Notes: generated by a model not told the origin, from the letters alone. A stretch of 64,000 nt of DNA from Longimicrobiales bacterium (GCA_965219445.1 CBDCNQ010000005.1:1568001-1632000), one strand, 5' to 3'. Numbered from the stretch's first letter, positions 51,742-62,529 are shown. A program made the numbers and translations.

Positions 51742-52043
51742 GGTTCTGGTGCAGACAGCCAACGGGGATTGGCGATAATGAGATATGGCGCATCGCAAAA
51801 CTGAAAGGAATCCTCTATTTGCCGGACGTTGGTTCGAAGACGACATCATTCTCCTCTGCCTTCGCTGGTATTTTCGCTTCAAACTGAGTTACCGGGACCT
51901 GGTCGCGATCTTAGGTGAGCGGGGTTTATCGATTTCGCACACCACGATCTTGCGTTGGGTCATTCGCTATGCCGAAATCTGCGAAAAGCGGTGGAGCCGA
52001 TTCGAGCGGCCGGTGGGTGGAAGTTGGCAAGTTGATGAAACGT
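51742..52043 (+). mobile_element. Truncated IS6-family element (left IR and transposase N-terminus)
   Basis: ggttctggtgcag IR-like start; LRWYFRFKLSYRDL, HTTILRWV and SWQVDET, then a break. Confidence 0.75.
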
Positions 52044-52057
52044 TGCCGGACAGACCG

Positions 52058-52669
52058 CCGTCTCGGTGCTCGCGGGCGTCACGTCGGCCGGACTGAAGGC
52101 GGCAGACGCGGACGACGATTCCGATGGGTCACGCACGGGCGTATCTCTGGGCGCTGCGGTGACCGTTCCGGTAGTCCCCCAACCTCGGAATTCGTCTTGG
52201 CGGCGCCTATGTTCAAAAGGGCGGAAGCATCGGCGTTCGCGCGGACGATATCGTCAACGCGTTCTACGCTGATCTGAAGCTCGACTACATCGAATTGTCG
52301 GCGCTGGCGAAAGCGAGCGCCCCGGGCAGCGTCGGCTTCCTCTACCTGCTCGCGGGGCCAACCGTTTCCTTCGAAGTGCGGTGTACGACCGATCTGACGT
52401 ATTCCCTCGGCGGGGACACGGTCGAGCCCCAGTTGGGGCGCGACTATTCGGACGTTCCTTGTTCCGAGAGGGATTACGGAATCGGAGCCGCTAACACCGA
52501 AGCGGTCGAGTTCGCCGTCGCGGGAGGAATCGGCACAGAATTCCCGGTGGGCGCATCGACCCGGGTCTCGGTGGAGCTGCTCTATACACTCGGTTTGGTC
52601 TCGGTTCTTGACGACAGCAGGAACCGCGCCATCACGCTCCGGGCCGGAGTCTCCCTTCCGATCGGGTAG
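52058..52669 (+). pseudogene. Degraded outer-membrane beta-barrel protein gene
   Basis: Pieces in different frames (RTGVSLGA; GGAYVQKG; LKLDYIEL...AGP; ELLYTLGL...LRAGVSLP); 5' end lost. Confidence 0.5.
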
Positions 52670-52959
52670 CGAGTCCAAAAGGCACCGGACCGGGGAGCCA
52701 AGCCGGAGTGTGCCGCGCGCCTTGCCCGCAGCGGGCGCCCGATCTGCTCCCGGAGAGCCCGCGGAAAACCTCAATCGCGGTCGGTCGAAGTGCGTGCTAT
52801 CCGGGGCAGTTCATGGCCGTCAGGGTCCGAGCTTTTTGACACAATACAAATAGGGCATGGAAACAATGCAATTATGCTATTGACGAGACGTTCAGCGAGC
52901 CCAAGGTTTCCGTTGAAATCGCTGCTGGACTCCCATCTTTCGGACATTCAGGAATCCGA

Positions 52960-53130
52960 ATGAGCTGTCGCCGCACCATCATCCGGCTGTCCGCCGTGCT
53001 AGCGGTTGTGGCCTTGACCAAGGGGTGCGGGGACGGTGACAGCCCTGCCGCGCCTCCAACGCCAGAGCCCACCCGCCCGACGACGGTCACGGTGAGCCCG
53101 GCCACGCACGAGCTCCCACGCCAGCGGACC
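52960..53130 (+). pseudogene. N-terminal remnant of an Ig-like-domain lipoprotein
   Basis: Signal peptide with KGC, Pro-rich linker and TTVTVSPAT, then runs antisense into LOG. Confidence 0.45.
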
Positions 53131-53151
53131 CGTGCTGCCGACGGCAATAGT

Positions 53152-53811
53152 TTACCGTTCATATGTCTTGATCACGTCGAGCATGGCCTGTTCCGCGTCG
53201 TCCCACGCGGTCTGAATCGTCCGGAGCGCCGCCGGGGCGTTCGGCACCTGGCTGGCGAGCGCGCGGTTCTGCGGCAGCAGGAGACCCTGTGCGGTCGCAC
53301 GATCGAGGAAGGCGAACAGGTGGTCGTAGTAGCCGTCAATGTTGGCGAAGCAGCACGGCTTTTCGTGCAGCTCCAGCGGTCGTTGTGACCAGCACAGGAC
53401 TTCGAAGATCTCCTCCAGCGTGCCGAACCCGCCGGGTAGAGCGATGCAGCCCTGCGCCAACCGCTGCATCAGGTGTTTGCGCTCGTGCATCGTGGCGACT
53501 TCGAGGAGACGGCTGAGTCCCTCGTGGGCGAGTTCCTGGTACGACAGCTGCCGGGGAACCACACCGGTCACGAAGCCGCCGCCCTCCAGCACAGCATTTG
53601 CCAGCACACCCATCAGTCCGACGCTACCGCCACCGTAAACCAGCCCGATGCCCTCGGCCGCCATCAGTCGCCCTAGGGCCTCGGCCTCGTCGATGTAGCG
53701 CTGCTCGCGTCCTAGGTTGCCGCCCAGGTAGACGCAGATGTTTTTTCCGCTGGGCGGCCCATCGGGTTCTGCGGGGTTCTCGCCCGCCGCCAATGCTCTC
53801 GCGTTCGGCAT
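53152..53811 (-). CDS. LOG family nucleotide phosphoribohydrolase (TIGR00730-like)
   Basis: LVYGGGSVGLMG, MHERK and PGGFGTLEE motifs. Confidence 0.88.
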   Translation of the reverse strand: MPNARALAAGENPAEPDGPPSGKNICVYLGGNLGREQRYIDEAEALGRLMAAEGIGLVYGGGSVGLMGVLANAVLEGGGFVTGVVPRQLSYQELAHEGLSRLLEVATMHERKHLMQRLAQGCIALPGGFGTLEEIFEVLCWSQRPLELHEKPCCFANIDGYYDHLFAFLDRATAQGLLLPQNRALASQVPNAPAALRTIQTAWDDAEQAMLDVIKTYER

Positions 53812-54101
53812 TCTGTAAGTTTTCCTTGTCGCGCTCCGGCATCAGTACGCTGCCAGACCATCGAGAAGGAACCCCTAGTGCTACCACGGATCGTGTGCCC
53901 TAGTGGGCCCCTTCAGGTAAAGCGGTGGTTTCATTGTGCGTTCTCTCGCGGACGGATAGAATCGGCACAGCCCCGGCCAAGCAAATTTCGAAATCCGGCG
54001 GTCGCGGGTGACCATGTGGCAAGTTTAACCTACAAGGAAGGCATAGTCACCTTCAGCCCGTCAAGCACGACAACTCATCGCCGTGTAGGTAACATTTCGT
54101 C

Positions 54102-54896
54102 ATGAAGAATCTTACCCAGACTGGTTCGCTCCGGGGCTGGCTTGTCGCTGTGGCGGTTCTTGCGGCTGCACCGGTCGGGACGGCCGCACAGACGGAGTTT
54201 CACTATCAGTACGGCAAGCTCACCAACCCCTTTGACGGAGCGCAGCACTACACGCACATCCTGACCTTCCAGCAGGCATCGAGCTGGTCGCTCGGCGACA
54301 GCTTCTTCTTCATCGACTTGCTCGACGACGGCGTCACGGACGGATTCAACGACATAGAGGTCTACGGCGAATGGTATCCCACCCTGAGCCTGGGTAGGCT
54401 CGCGGACCGGACGGTGGGCGCAGGACCGGTGAGGGATATCGCACTGATCGGGGGCATTAACTTCGACAGCGACGCCGACGTCTTCAAGTGGTTGCCCGGT
54501 GCGCGACTCTCCTGGGACATCCCTGGCTTCATCTTCTTCAACACCGACGTAACTGCCTTCATCGATGCCAGCAGCGGTGTGGACCAGGGAAGTGCGCCGA
54601 GGACGAATGACAGCTTCATGTTCGATGTAAGCTGGGGCGCCGCCTTCGATCTCGGTAGCCAGTCGTTCTGGTTCACTGGCCACGCGGAGTACATTGGTGG
54701 GACGACCAACGAACTCGGTGATGCCGTAGCGGGGTGGATCCTCGCGCAGCCGCAGCTTGGTTGGGATGTTGGAAAGGCACTGACGGACAGTGCCAATCAG
54801 CTCTTTGTCGGCGTCGAGTACCAGTACTGGTGGAACAAGCTGGGTGAGAACAACGACGACAACGTCCCACAGTTGTGGGTGATGTGGCGTCTGTGA
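54102..54896 (+). CDS. Tsx-like outer-membrane channel
   Basis: Signal peptide; GDSFFFID, YGEW, LAQPQL.WDVG and GVEYQYWWNKLG motifs. Confidence 0.75.
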   Translation: MKNLTQTGSLRGWLVAVAVLAAAPVGTAAQTEFHYQYGKLTNPFDGAQHYTHILTFQQASSWSLGDSFFFIDLLDDGVTDGFNDIEVYGEWYPTLSLGRLADRTVGAGPVRDIALIGGINFDSDADVFKWLPGARLSWDIPGFIFFNTDVTAFIDASSGVDQGSAPRTNDSFMFDVSWGAAFDLGSQSFWFTGHAEYIGGTTNELGDAVAGWILAQPQLGWDVGKALTDSANQLFVGVEYQYWWNKLGENNDDNVPQLWVMWRL

Positions 54897-54926
54897 TGTC
54901 TGGGCGCTGCCGCACAGGATAGTGAG

Positions 54927-57467
54927 GTGAACCAGAACGCGACGGACGCACAGGACGCGCCGACCACAGAGATCCGGTCGACAAAGAGGGGACTGCGTCT
55001 TGCGGCGCGAGGCTTCCTCGCGCTTGCCGCGCTGCTCACCGTCACGATCACCGCGACCTCTGCCACCATGCTCTACAACTCCGCCACCGCGCTTCGTGAC
55101 GGGGCGGAGGCGGCCGCCACGCACCTAGCGGAACTTCTGGCGGCAAGCTTCGCCGACATGGGTGAGATCTCGCTGGCCAATGTTGCCCGTACGCTCGATG
55201 CAACGCTCGACGACCAGATGATCGCACAGGCCCGCATCGCGGCACACCTCGTGGCGGCGGCCGAGGAAGCAGGGCAAGATCCCGGGCGCATCATCGAGAC
55301 CCTAGACGCGATCTTGGCGAGCACGGTGCTGGACGAGTTCTGGATCACGGACAATGTGGGCTTTTCCTATCTCACTAACGTCCGTGATGAGAACGGGGAG
55401 CTCGTGCCCTTCCGATTCGAGGCTGATCCGGCGGTGCAGCCACAGGCGTCGAAGTTCTACGTGCTCCTCGAATCGGATATCGACGACGACGATTTCATCA
55501 CACAGCCAGCGCAAGTCCGGGAGATCGATCAAGAAGTCTACAAGTACGTCGGAGTCGGCGGCGTCGATCAGGAGCGGATCGTGCAGATCGGCAATGCACT
55601 CGACTTTGGTGAGCAGGAGATTTTGACGAACGTCTACGCCACGGAGCGGGCGGACGTTTCGGCCGTGGTCGAGGGGATCATCGGTCAGCACATGCTGGCG
55701 CAGGCGACCATAGCGGGCCACTTCATCGTTGCGGCTGAGGAGGCCGGCTGGACGGCGGAGGAGATCAACAGCCGACTGCGACGTATCGCCGGAGCGACGG
55801 TCATCGGTGAAATCCGGGTTCTCGACCTGGACGGCTCGGTTGCCTACTCCAGTCTGCTTCCGCCGCTAGAAGGCGGGGCAGACGTACCCGTACCTCGTGT
55901 GGAGGAGATCACGCCGCTCCTGGAGGGTTCCGAGGGCAGCGTGGAATTTGCGACGGCCCCGCGCGCCTCGGACGGCGAGGTCTACAAGTACGTGGCGGCT
56001 GCCGGCGCCGGCTCGCCGCGGGTCGTGCAAGTTGGCGTACCCATCGAGGGTAGCTCGGGCAACCTGCTCTATGCCGTGTACCAGCGGGAGGCGGACCTGC
56101 TTGTCCGATCGCGTAATTTGGAGGCGCTCTGGGTCGTCAATCTTGACCGCGACTTGGCTGCGTCCGCGCCGCGGGCCGGACAGTCGGGCACCCAGCCGGT
56201 GGGCGCAGCCAGCGTCTTCTCGCGCCGGGCTGAATCGGTCGTGGAGCAGGCCATGGACCAGGGTCAGGTGGTGAGCGAGGCTAGCCTGAGCCTGCTGGCG
56301 CCCGCCGACCGCGGCATTTGGGTCGCCTCACCGATCATCAATACAGGAGGGATCCCGATCGGAGGGCTCGCGCTCGCGGTCAGCCTAGACGACATCGCCG
56401 GCACGGTTCGGGGCGAAGCACGGAACACGACCCTGATCGCTTTTGTCCTCTTCGCTCTTACCGGCGCCGCTGCGCTCTGGGGAACGCGGTGGCTGACGCA
56501 GCCCATCGAGGCCATCGCCACGGCAGCCCGCCAGGTGGAAGCGGGCAGGCAGCCGGACGATGGCTTGATTGAGCCAGTGATGGAACGGACCGACGAGCTG
56601 GGGAGCCTAGCACGGGTGTTTGACGCCATGACGATCCAAGTCTTCGACCGGGAGGAGCAGCTCGAGACGATGGTCTCGGCGCGGACCGAGGAGCTCCAGC
56701 AGAGCAACCGCAACCTGCGCCGTGCCCAGCGGGCACTGGAGCAGGACCTGGAGATGGCGAGGGTGGTGCAATCCGCACTAGTGCGTGAAGGCAACGTGGA
56801 TTTGGCCGGCTTCGCGGCCTACGCGCGGATGACCCCGGCGCAGCAGGTGGGCGGCGACTTCGTCGACGTGTTCGAGTCGTCCGAGGGCCAGCTGTTCTTC
56901 AGCGTTTGCGACGTCTCTGGCAAGGGGGTGGCAGCGGCCCTGTTCATGGCAGTGTCGCAGGGCACGATCAACGCTGCGGCCACCAAGAGCCAGAACGGCG
57001 GCGTCGGCGTAATCGCCACCGAAGCCAACCGTCTGCTCTGCAGCGAGAACCCGATGGGGCTCTTTGTGACCGGCATGCTCGCCATCGTCGACCTCGAGCG
57101 GGCCGTCATGGAATACGTCTGCGCTGGGCATGAGCCTGCTTTCCTGGTGAGCCCCGACGACTCCCGGCGAGTTCTCCCGCTGACTCGCGGGGTGCCGATG
57201 GGCGTGTTAGACGACTTCGAGTACGAGAGCCGCCAGGAAGAGTTGCGCCCCGGTGACTCGCTCTTCCTCTACACGGACGGACTCACGGACGCGGTGAACA
57301 TGAGCGGCGAGCTCTTCGGGAAGGAGCGGCTAGAGAAGACGCTCGACGGCGCATCCGCGCGCTCGCCCGAAGAGATCGTGGGCCACGTCTGGAGGGAGAT
57401 CGAAGCCTATTCCGCGGGAGCTCCCGCCGCCGACGACATGACCTGTCTAGTTCTGCGTCGCCGGTAA
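54927..57467 (+). CDS. Membrane sensor with HAMP and SpoIIE/RsbU PP2C phosphatase domains
   Basis: Two TMs, RTDELGSL, VGGDF, DVSGKG, AGHEP, LYTDG and DDMT motifs. Confidence 0.9.
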   Translation: MNQNATDAQDAPTTEIRSTKRGLRLAARGFLALAALLTVTITATSATMLYNSATALRDGAEAAATHLAELLAASFADMGEISLANVARTLDATLDDQMIAQARIAAHLVAAAEEAGQDPGRIIETLDAILASTVLDEFWITDNVGFSYLTNVRDENGELVPFRFEADPAVQPQASKFYVLLESDIDDDDFITQPAQVREIDQEVYKYVGVGGVDQERIVQIGNALDFGEQEILTNVYATERADVSAVVEGIIGQHMLAQATIAGHFIVAAEEAGWTAEEINSRLRRIAGATVIGEIRVLDLDGSVAYSSLLPPLEGGADVPVPRVEEITPLLEGSEGSVEFATAPRASDGEVYKYVAAAGAGSPRVVQVGVPIEGSSGNLLYAVYQREADLLVRSRNLEALWVVNLDRDLAASAPRAGQSGTQPVGAASVFSRRAESVVEQAMDQGQVVSEASLSLLAPADRGIWVASPIINTGGIPIGGLALAVSLDDIAGTVRGEARNTTLIAFVLFALTGAAALWGTRWLTQPIEAIATAARQVEAGRQPDDGLIEPVMERTDELGSLARVFDAMTIQVFDREEQLETMVSARTEELQQSNRNLRRAQRALEQDLEMARVVQSALVREGNVDLAGFAAYARMTPAQQVGGDFVDVFESSEGQLFFSVCDVSGKGVAAALFMAVSQGTINAAATKSQNGGVGVIATEANRLLCSENPMGLFVTGMLAIVDLERAVMEYVCAGHEPAFLVSPDDSRRVLPLTRGVPMGVLDDFEYESRQEELRPGDSLFLYTDGLTDAVNMSGELFGKERLEKTLDGASARSPEEIVGHVWREIEAYSAGAPAADDMTCLVLRRR

Positions 57468-57815
57468 CGCCGCCCCGCCCGAGTCGCACTTGAGGCTCTG
57501 ATCACCCATGGGGTGAGCCACGGCCCCTGAGGGTGAAGCCGAACCGAGATCCAGATCACGATGCGGAGCGACTGCGGCACGCCGACCCTGATGAAGGAGG
57601 ACACCGGTCAGCCGTTGGATCCGCCGCAGAGACATGAATCCTGACGCCACGTCATCGCTGGAGGGACGGTCCCTCAGTGGTTCGGGGTTGCACGTAGTGG
57701 AGGGCCTCGCGGAGCGCATTTCCTACGAGTCCGCCGTCAAGGGGCCCGGCCTTGTCCCGCGACCAGGCAGTGACTAGAGTTGCGTGGTTGCCTGCACGGG
57801 AAGGGATCGTTCGCA

Positions 57816-58244
57816 ATGATGAATGAACTGCGCGTCTCGTTGGCACCCAGCCTGCCCGCAGTACGCGGCCTGGCGCAGATGGTAGAGGAATTCGGGGACG
57901 CCAACGATCTGCCGGATCAGAAGATCTACATGATCAACCTGGCCCTCGAGGAATTGATCACCAATATGGTGAGCTACGGTCTTCGAGGCGTGGCCCAACC
58001 AAAGATCGAGATCACCGTGCAGGTCAACGGTACCGTCCTGGTGCTGACCGTGGCGGACAACGGCCAACAGTTTGATCCGACGCAAGACACGAGTCCCGAC
58101 CTGTCATCGGCGGTGGACGATCGGCCGATCGGCGGCTTAGGGCTGCATCTGATCAAGACGTTTGCCGACCGCATGAAATACGAGTACGTGGAGGGCAAGA
58201 ACCGGCTGACGCTGGAACACGATCTCGCGCCACAGGCTGTGTGA
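57816..58244 (+). CDS. RsbW-like anti-sigma factor kinase
   Basis: LALEELITN, DNGQQFDP and GGLGLHLI motifs. Confidence 0.88.
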   Translation: MMNELRVSLAPSLPAVRGLAQMVEEFGDANDLPDQKIYMINLALEELITNMVSYGLRGVAQPKIEITVQVNGTVLVLTVADNGQQFDPTQDTSPDLSSAVDDRPIGGLGLHLIKTFADRMKYEYVEGKNRLTLEHDLAPQAV

Positions 58245-58276
58245 CGAGGCCAGCGTAGCAACGAGGGGTGCATCGA

Positions 58277-58618
58277 ATGGATATCGAAGTCGGCGAGGAA
58301 CGCAGTGGCGAGGTGTTGGTGCTGGTGCCCATTGGACGACTGGACAGCGGAAACGCCAGCTCGTTCGAATCCATCGTCATGGATCGCGTCAGCAGCGGAG
58401 AGCTGCGCCTGATCGTCGACTTCAGTCGCCTCGACTTCATCAGCAGCTCGGGCTTGCGGGTGCTCCTCATCGCCGCCAAGGCGCTGAGGGTGGCGGACGG
58501 AACGCTCGTTCTCTGCTCCATGAAGGACCACATCGAGGAAGTCTTCCAGGTCAGCGGCTTCGGCCAGATCATTCCCATCAAGGAGTCTCGCAAAGCGGCC
58601 CTCTCCGTCGCGTCCTAA
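58277..58618 (+). CDS. STAS anti-anti-sigma factor (RsbV-like)
   Basis: GRLD, DFISSSGLRVL and VFQVSGF motifs. Confidence 0.88.
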   Translation: MDIEVGEERSGEVLVLVPIGRLDSGNASSFESIVMDRVSSGELRLIVDFSRLDFISSSGLRVLLIAAKALRVADGTLVLCSMKDHIEEVFQVSGFGQIIPIKESRKAALSVAS

Positions 58619-58624
58619 CGGGGA

Positions 58625-59000
58625 TCACGTTGAGCATGCGCAGTAGTTGCCTTCGCTCGACGGAGATGCTAGGCGGGGAGAAGTCAGTGTGCATACGACT
58701 TCGGTCGATGTCATGTCTTCGCGTGCCCGGGTCAGATCGCGTAGCACCTCCTGTTCCGGTCCCGGCACCCACACCGCGCTCAACTCCCCGGCGCGGTGAA
58801 GACGCGCCAGACTCAGCGCGTCGCGCCGGTCCGTCTTCATCCTATCCCCCCGGCTTGCGCGGGATCAGGCTCGGCGCCACCATCGCGCAGTGGTGCCCGG
58901 TCGCGATGATCTCCCGATACACCCCGTAGCCGCACGTGCTGGCTTCGTGGCAGAAGCTCAACACCTCCCCGTGTGGGCTCAGCTTGCCCATCAGACGAGA
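58625..59000 (-). pseudogene. Degraded transposase of a different IS110 subgroup
   Basis: [19 protein letters not shown] / [16 protein letters not shown] and RDLTRARED; frameshifted and truncated. Confidence 0.75.
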
Positions 59001-59595
59001 CCGCCCATAGCCAATCGCTTCAAAGGTGGCTCTGACCTGCGGCAACATATTCGGGCGGCCACGGCCAGCAACGACCTGCACTTGCTCCAAGGAATCGGCA
59101 AGACGGATGAAACCTGCATCGGTGGGAACCCCCGCAAAGGAACCCGCCGTGACGACGACAAGCCCAGCCCGAGAGAGCGTGCAACCCGGAAGATCCCGGC
59201 TATCGGTGCCGTAGAACGCGGAGGGGCGCCTCGGTATGGCAATAGTTGGTGAGGGAGTCAACCCGGGTGGAATAGAGTGCCACCCACACGGCGTCGGTCA
59301 ACACCGATCCCTCTCGGAGGGTGCAACGGCAATCACCGCGCGGTCGCGGTGGCGGAGTAGGTATTCTCCAGGGCCTGGAACGCGAGGAGTTGCGGATTGT
59401 CGTGCCTGAAGAGGACGAGGCAATCGCTCGTAACGACGATGAAGAGGGCGCAGGTCGTCACGGGCCGTCATGAGCGAGGCAGTGAACGCAGCAACCATCC
59501 AGTAGTGGCGCACGGTGGCGACGACGTAGCGGTCCAGCAGGGAAAGAGTCGTCGCTTCGACTATCTCGGATCGGGAGCGAGGAGCTAGTCGATCG

Positions 59596-60792
59596 TCACC
59601 ACGGGTTTGATTGCGACGTGTGGACGTGGTCGGGCATCTTGTAGCTCAGCCCCTCGCCGTCGAACACCGATATCTGGAGAAGCTGGGTGAAATTATCCGA
59701 TCTGACCATCTTGTTGGTCCGCAACAATCGCAGAAAGCGCTGCTGCATCCGGTACTTGAACAGGGTCGCGAATTTGGGGTCCCGTGGAAAGTCGAAGCTG
59801 TCGGCGAGCTCGGTGCCGATGAGGCCCCGCGACAGACGGTAGGCCAAGCCCACCAATCTCTCCCGTTCAGCCGGGTCCTGTATGCCCGCAACCTTTGGAA
59901 TGGACTGGATCAACAAGTTGGCGACGGCTACAGAATCGGCATCCGGGGGCGGCTCGCACAGGTAGCCGATCTTGTACATCTTTTCCGCTTCCTCGGCGTT
60001 CGTATAGAGGATGGTTTCTGGTATCCCCATGAGGTAGCCGGCGTAGCGCCAGACGGCGAGAACGCTCTTCCTTTCATCCTTGCTGAATTTGGCGCCCAGC
60101 AACATCGAGTACTCCAGCAGCCGCTTCGAAAAGACGGAGATTGCGAAACCCAGGTGCGCCGCGCTCAACGGCGTCCCCCAGGCTTCGTGATTCCATTCAT
60201 CCGACTTCGCCAGCAGGCCCCGTATACGGGTATGAACGAACCGAATGCGCGTGGACAGCTTCCACCCCTCGCTGCTTCTCTGCAGGCCGGCAGGAAAGAA
60301 GATCTCCAGCATGTGGCGGTTGTTTTGCTGCAGACGCCTTCTGGTGCTCGCCACTCGCCCGGTAATGCTGAAGGACTTGGCGATGAGAGTCGAAAAGCCT
60401 TCCACCAGCACTCCCGTGACGAACGCGGCGAGCATCCGGTCCACGTTTTCGTGGAAGGCACGGACCCCGGGACGAAAACCTTCGTAGTAGAGCCACGGAG
60501 GCTCCCGGAAGTTCTTGAAGAAATCGCGCAAGGCACGCGGCGCGAGACGCAGAGCTTCCTCGTTCTGCTCTATGCCGGCCCCGATGAACCGGTGCAGGTC
60601 GCCTGGAGACAACTCCGCCGAGAGCTCCTCCATGAGCGGGTCGAGCTCGGGGTCACCGATGGTGACGTGCTTGAGGTAGTTATCGGCCAAGGCCTGATCG
60701 TAGAGACGGGCCTTTTCGTAGCCTTCGACGTACGCGGTGGGCATCTTTGGCGTGACGTCGCCGGTGACCGATGAGAAAACGACAGAATTCAC
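59596..60792 (-). CDS. MpaB/Lcp-like (DUF2236) heme oxygenase family protein
   Basis: RRLQQN, RIRFVHTRIR, WGTPLS and WRYAGYLMGIPE motifs; AGGAGG RBS. Confidence 0.78.
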   Translation of the reverse strand: MNSVVFSSVTGDVTPKMPTAYVEGYEKARLYDQALADNYLKHVTIGDPELDPLMEELSAELSPGDLHRFIGAGIEQNEEALRLAPRALRDFFKNFREPPWLYYEGFRPGVRAFHENVDRMLAAFVTGVLVEGFSTLIAKSFSITGRVASTRRRLQQNNRHMLEIFFPAGLQRSSEGWKLSTRIRFVHTRIRGLLAKSDEWNHEAWGTPLSAAHLGFAISVFSKRLLEYSMLLGAKFSKDERKSVLAVWRYAGYLMGIPETILYTNAEEAEKMYKIGYLCEPPPDADSVAVANLLIQSIPKVAGIQDPAERERLVGLAYRLSRGLIGTELADSFDFPRDPKFATLFKYRMQQRFLRLLRTNKMVRSDNFTQLLQISVFDGEGLSYKMPDHVHTSQSNPW

Positions 60793-60904
60793 GAGAAACC
60801 CTCCTGTGGCAACCTAATCGCGGCGATCGGACCCCACGGATGCTCAGGACGGGGGCACGGGCAACTGATGTCAAGGGGCTGCTCGTGGCAGGCCAAAGGT
60901 TATA

Positions 60905-60934
60905 AGCTTAGGCCAGTATGGTCCCCACTGTCAA
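60905..60934 (-). promoter_or_regulatory. Possible sigma70 promoter for the oxygenase
   Basis: Minus strand TTGACA-N18-TAAGCT. Confidence 0.35.
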
Positions 60935-61216
60935 GCCCATAACCAGTCGTTGCTTAATCTCGTACAGCATATGAGCGGACACATCGCGGCTACCGACTCC
61001 GCGGCCAGACGCCAGCTGCGACGGCCAGCGGATCCAGAGGGTTCCGTAGGAGCTAGGATCAAAGGCATCATAGGGGCATGGCGACCGCTACCGGTACCGA
61101 TCAGCAGCGAAGCAGCCCGAAGACGAAGAGGCGTTCTCCTCCGGGAGCGGGTGCGCGTTCATCATTATTCGCGCAAGCAAGCAACCCAACCCGTCCTACC
61201 CAAGAGGAGGATGCCG

Positions 61217-62464
61217 ATGGAGAGGTATATCGGACTCGACGCACACGCGTCGAGCTGCACGCTGGGGATTGTAGGCCCCAGCGGCAAGCGCTTGGGCTCG
61301 CAGGTGGTGGAGACGAACGCGCGGGCGCTGATCGAGGTGCTGCGAGGGATTCCGAGGAACCGGCACTTATGCCTGGAAGAAGGGACGCTGTCGGGGTGGC
61401 TGTACGAGGTGCTGAAGCCGCACGTGGAGGAGCTGACGGTGGCGGGGGTCGGCAAGAGCCGGGGCCCGAAGACCGACAAGCTGGACGCGTTTGCCCTGGC
61501 GGAGAAGCTGCGGATCGGATCACTGGAGACGACGGTCTACAAGAACCGGGGCCAGTTCAGGCGGCTGGGGGAACGGGCGAAGAGCTACGACTTCTTGGTC
61601 GGCGACACGGTGCGGGTGAAGAACCGGCTCAAGAGCGTGCTGCGCTCGAGAGGAGTGGCCTACGGCGCGGGGCGCTCGGTCTACTTAAAGCGCGACCGGG
61701 AGGAGTGGTTGGCCAAGCTGCCGGAAGCGAGCAGGACGACGGCCGGGTTGCTGTACGAGGAGCACGACGCACTCGTGGCATTGAGGGCGAAGGCCGAGAA
61801 GGCGTTGCTGGCGGAAGCACGCAAGCATCGAGAGTGGCATGTGCTGAAGACGTGCCCGGGTCTGGGTCCGATCCGGACGGCGGAGCTCCTGCCGGTGGTG
61901 GTGACGCCGTACCGGTTCCAGAGCCGGAGCAGGTTCTGGGCGTACTGCGGACTGGGCGTCGTGATGCGGAGCTCGTCGGACTGGGTGCGGGGTCCGGGTG
62001 GGCGGTGGGTAAGGGAACCGGTACAGCAGACGCGGGGGCTGAATCGGAACTTCAACCACACGCTGAAGCGTGTGTTCAAGGGCGCAGCGACGACGGTGAT
62101 CGGTCGGGCCGAGGACGAGCCCTTGTACCGCCACTACGAGCGACTCCTGGAGGGGGGCACGAAGCCGAATCTGGCGAAGCTGACGATCGCGCGTCAGCTC
62201 GCCTCGATCGTGCTAGCGGTGTGGCGCACGGGCGAAGCGTACGACCCAAGAGACTGGAAGCGACGGAGTAAACCGGCCTGGGATCGGCGAGCGTGGGGTC
62301 GAAAGCGGTCACAACATGGGGTCCGACGAAACGGAAGCGAACCGGTTACAGGGGACAGCATCCATACACACCGTGGGCCGGGGCAGAGAGCCCAAGCCCC
62401 CACTCAAAGGCTATGCACCCCTGGAAGAGCCGAACGAAGCGATGGGCCACAGAGTCCCAGATAG
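61217..62464 (+). CDS. IS110-family recombinase/transposase, copy 2
   Basis: Same translation as 43293-44540. Confidence 0.9.
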   Translation: MERYIGLDAHASSCTLGIVGPSGKRLGSQVVETNARALIEVLRGIPRNRHLCLEEGTLSGWLYEVLKPHVEELTVAGVGKSRGPKTDKLDAFALAEKLRIGSLETTVYKNRGQFRRLGERAKSYDFLVGDTVRVKNRLKSVLRSRGVAYGAGRSVYLKRDREEWLAKLPEASRTTAGLLYEEHDALVALRAKAEKALLAEARKHREWHVLKTCPGLGPIRTAELLPVVVTPYRFQSRSRFWAYCGLGVVMRSSSDWVRGPGGRWVREPVQQTRGLNRNFNHTLKRVFKGAATTVIGRAEDEPLYRHYERLLEGGTKPNLAKLTIARQLASIVLAVWRTGEAYDPRDWKRRSKPAWDRRAWGRKRSQHGVRRNGSEPVTGDSIHTHRGPGQRAQAPTQRLCTPGRAERSDGPQSPR

Positions 62465-62529
62465 AAGGATGGTTCCCGCTCCAGAGCGGAGAACGCGACG
62501 GCTGTGAACGTCTTCCGGACTGCGATGCG
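62349..62529 (+). ncRNA. Candidate bridge/seek RNA core, copy 2 (ends approximate)
   Basis: Same guide-bearing stem-loop; tacacacc at 62365. Confidence 0.7.

Noticed and set aside
59611..60774. 387-aa plus-strand ORF, and similar long shadow ORFs (1270-2481, 12217-13248, 25998-27203)
   Set aside because: Antisense to well-supported genes and lacking motifs
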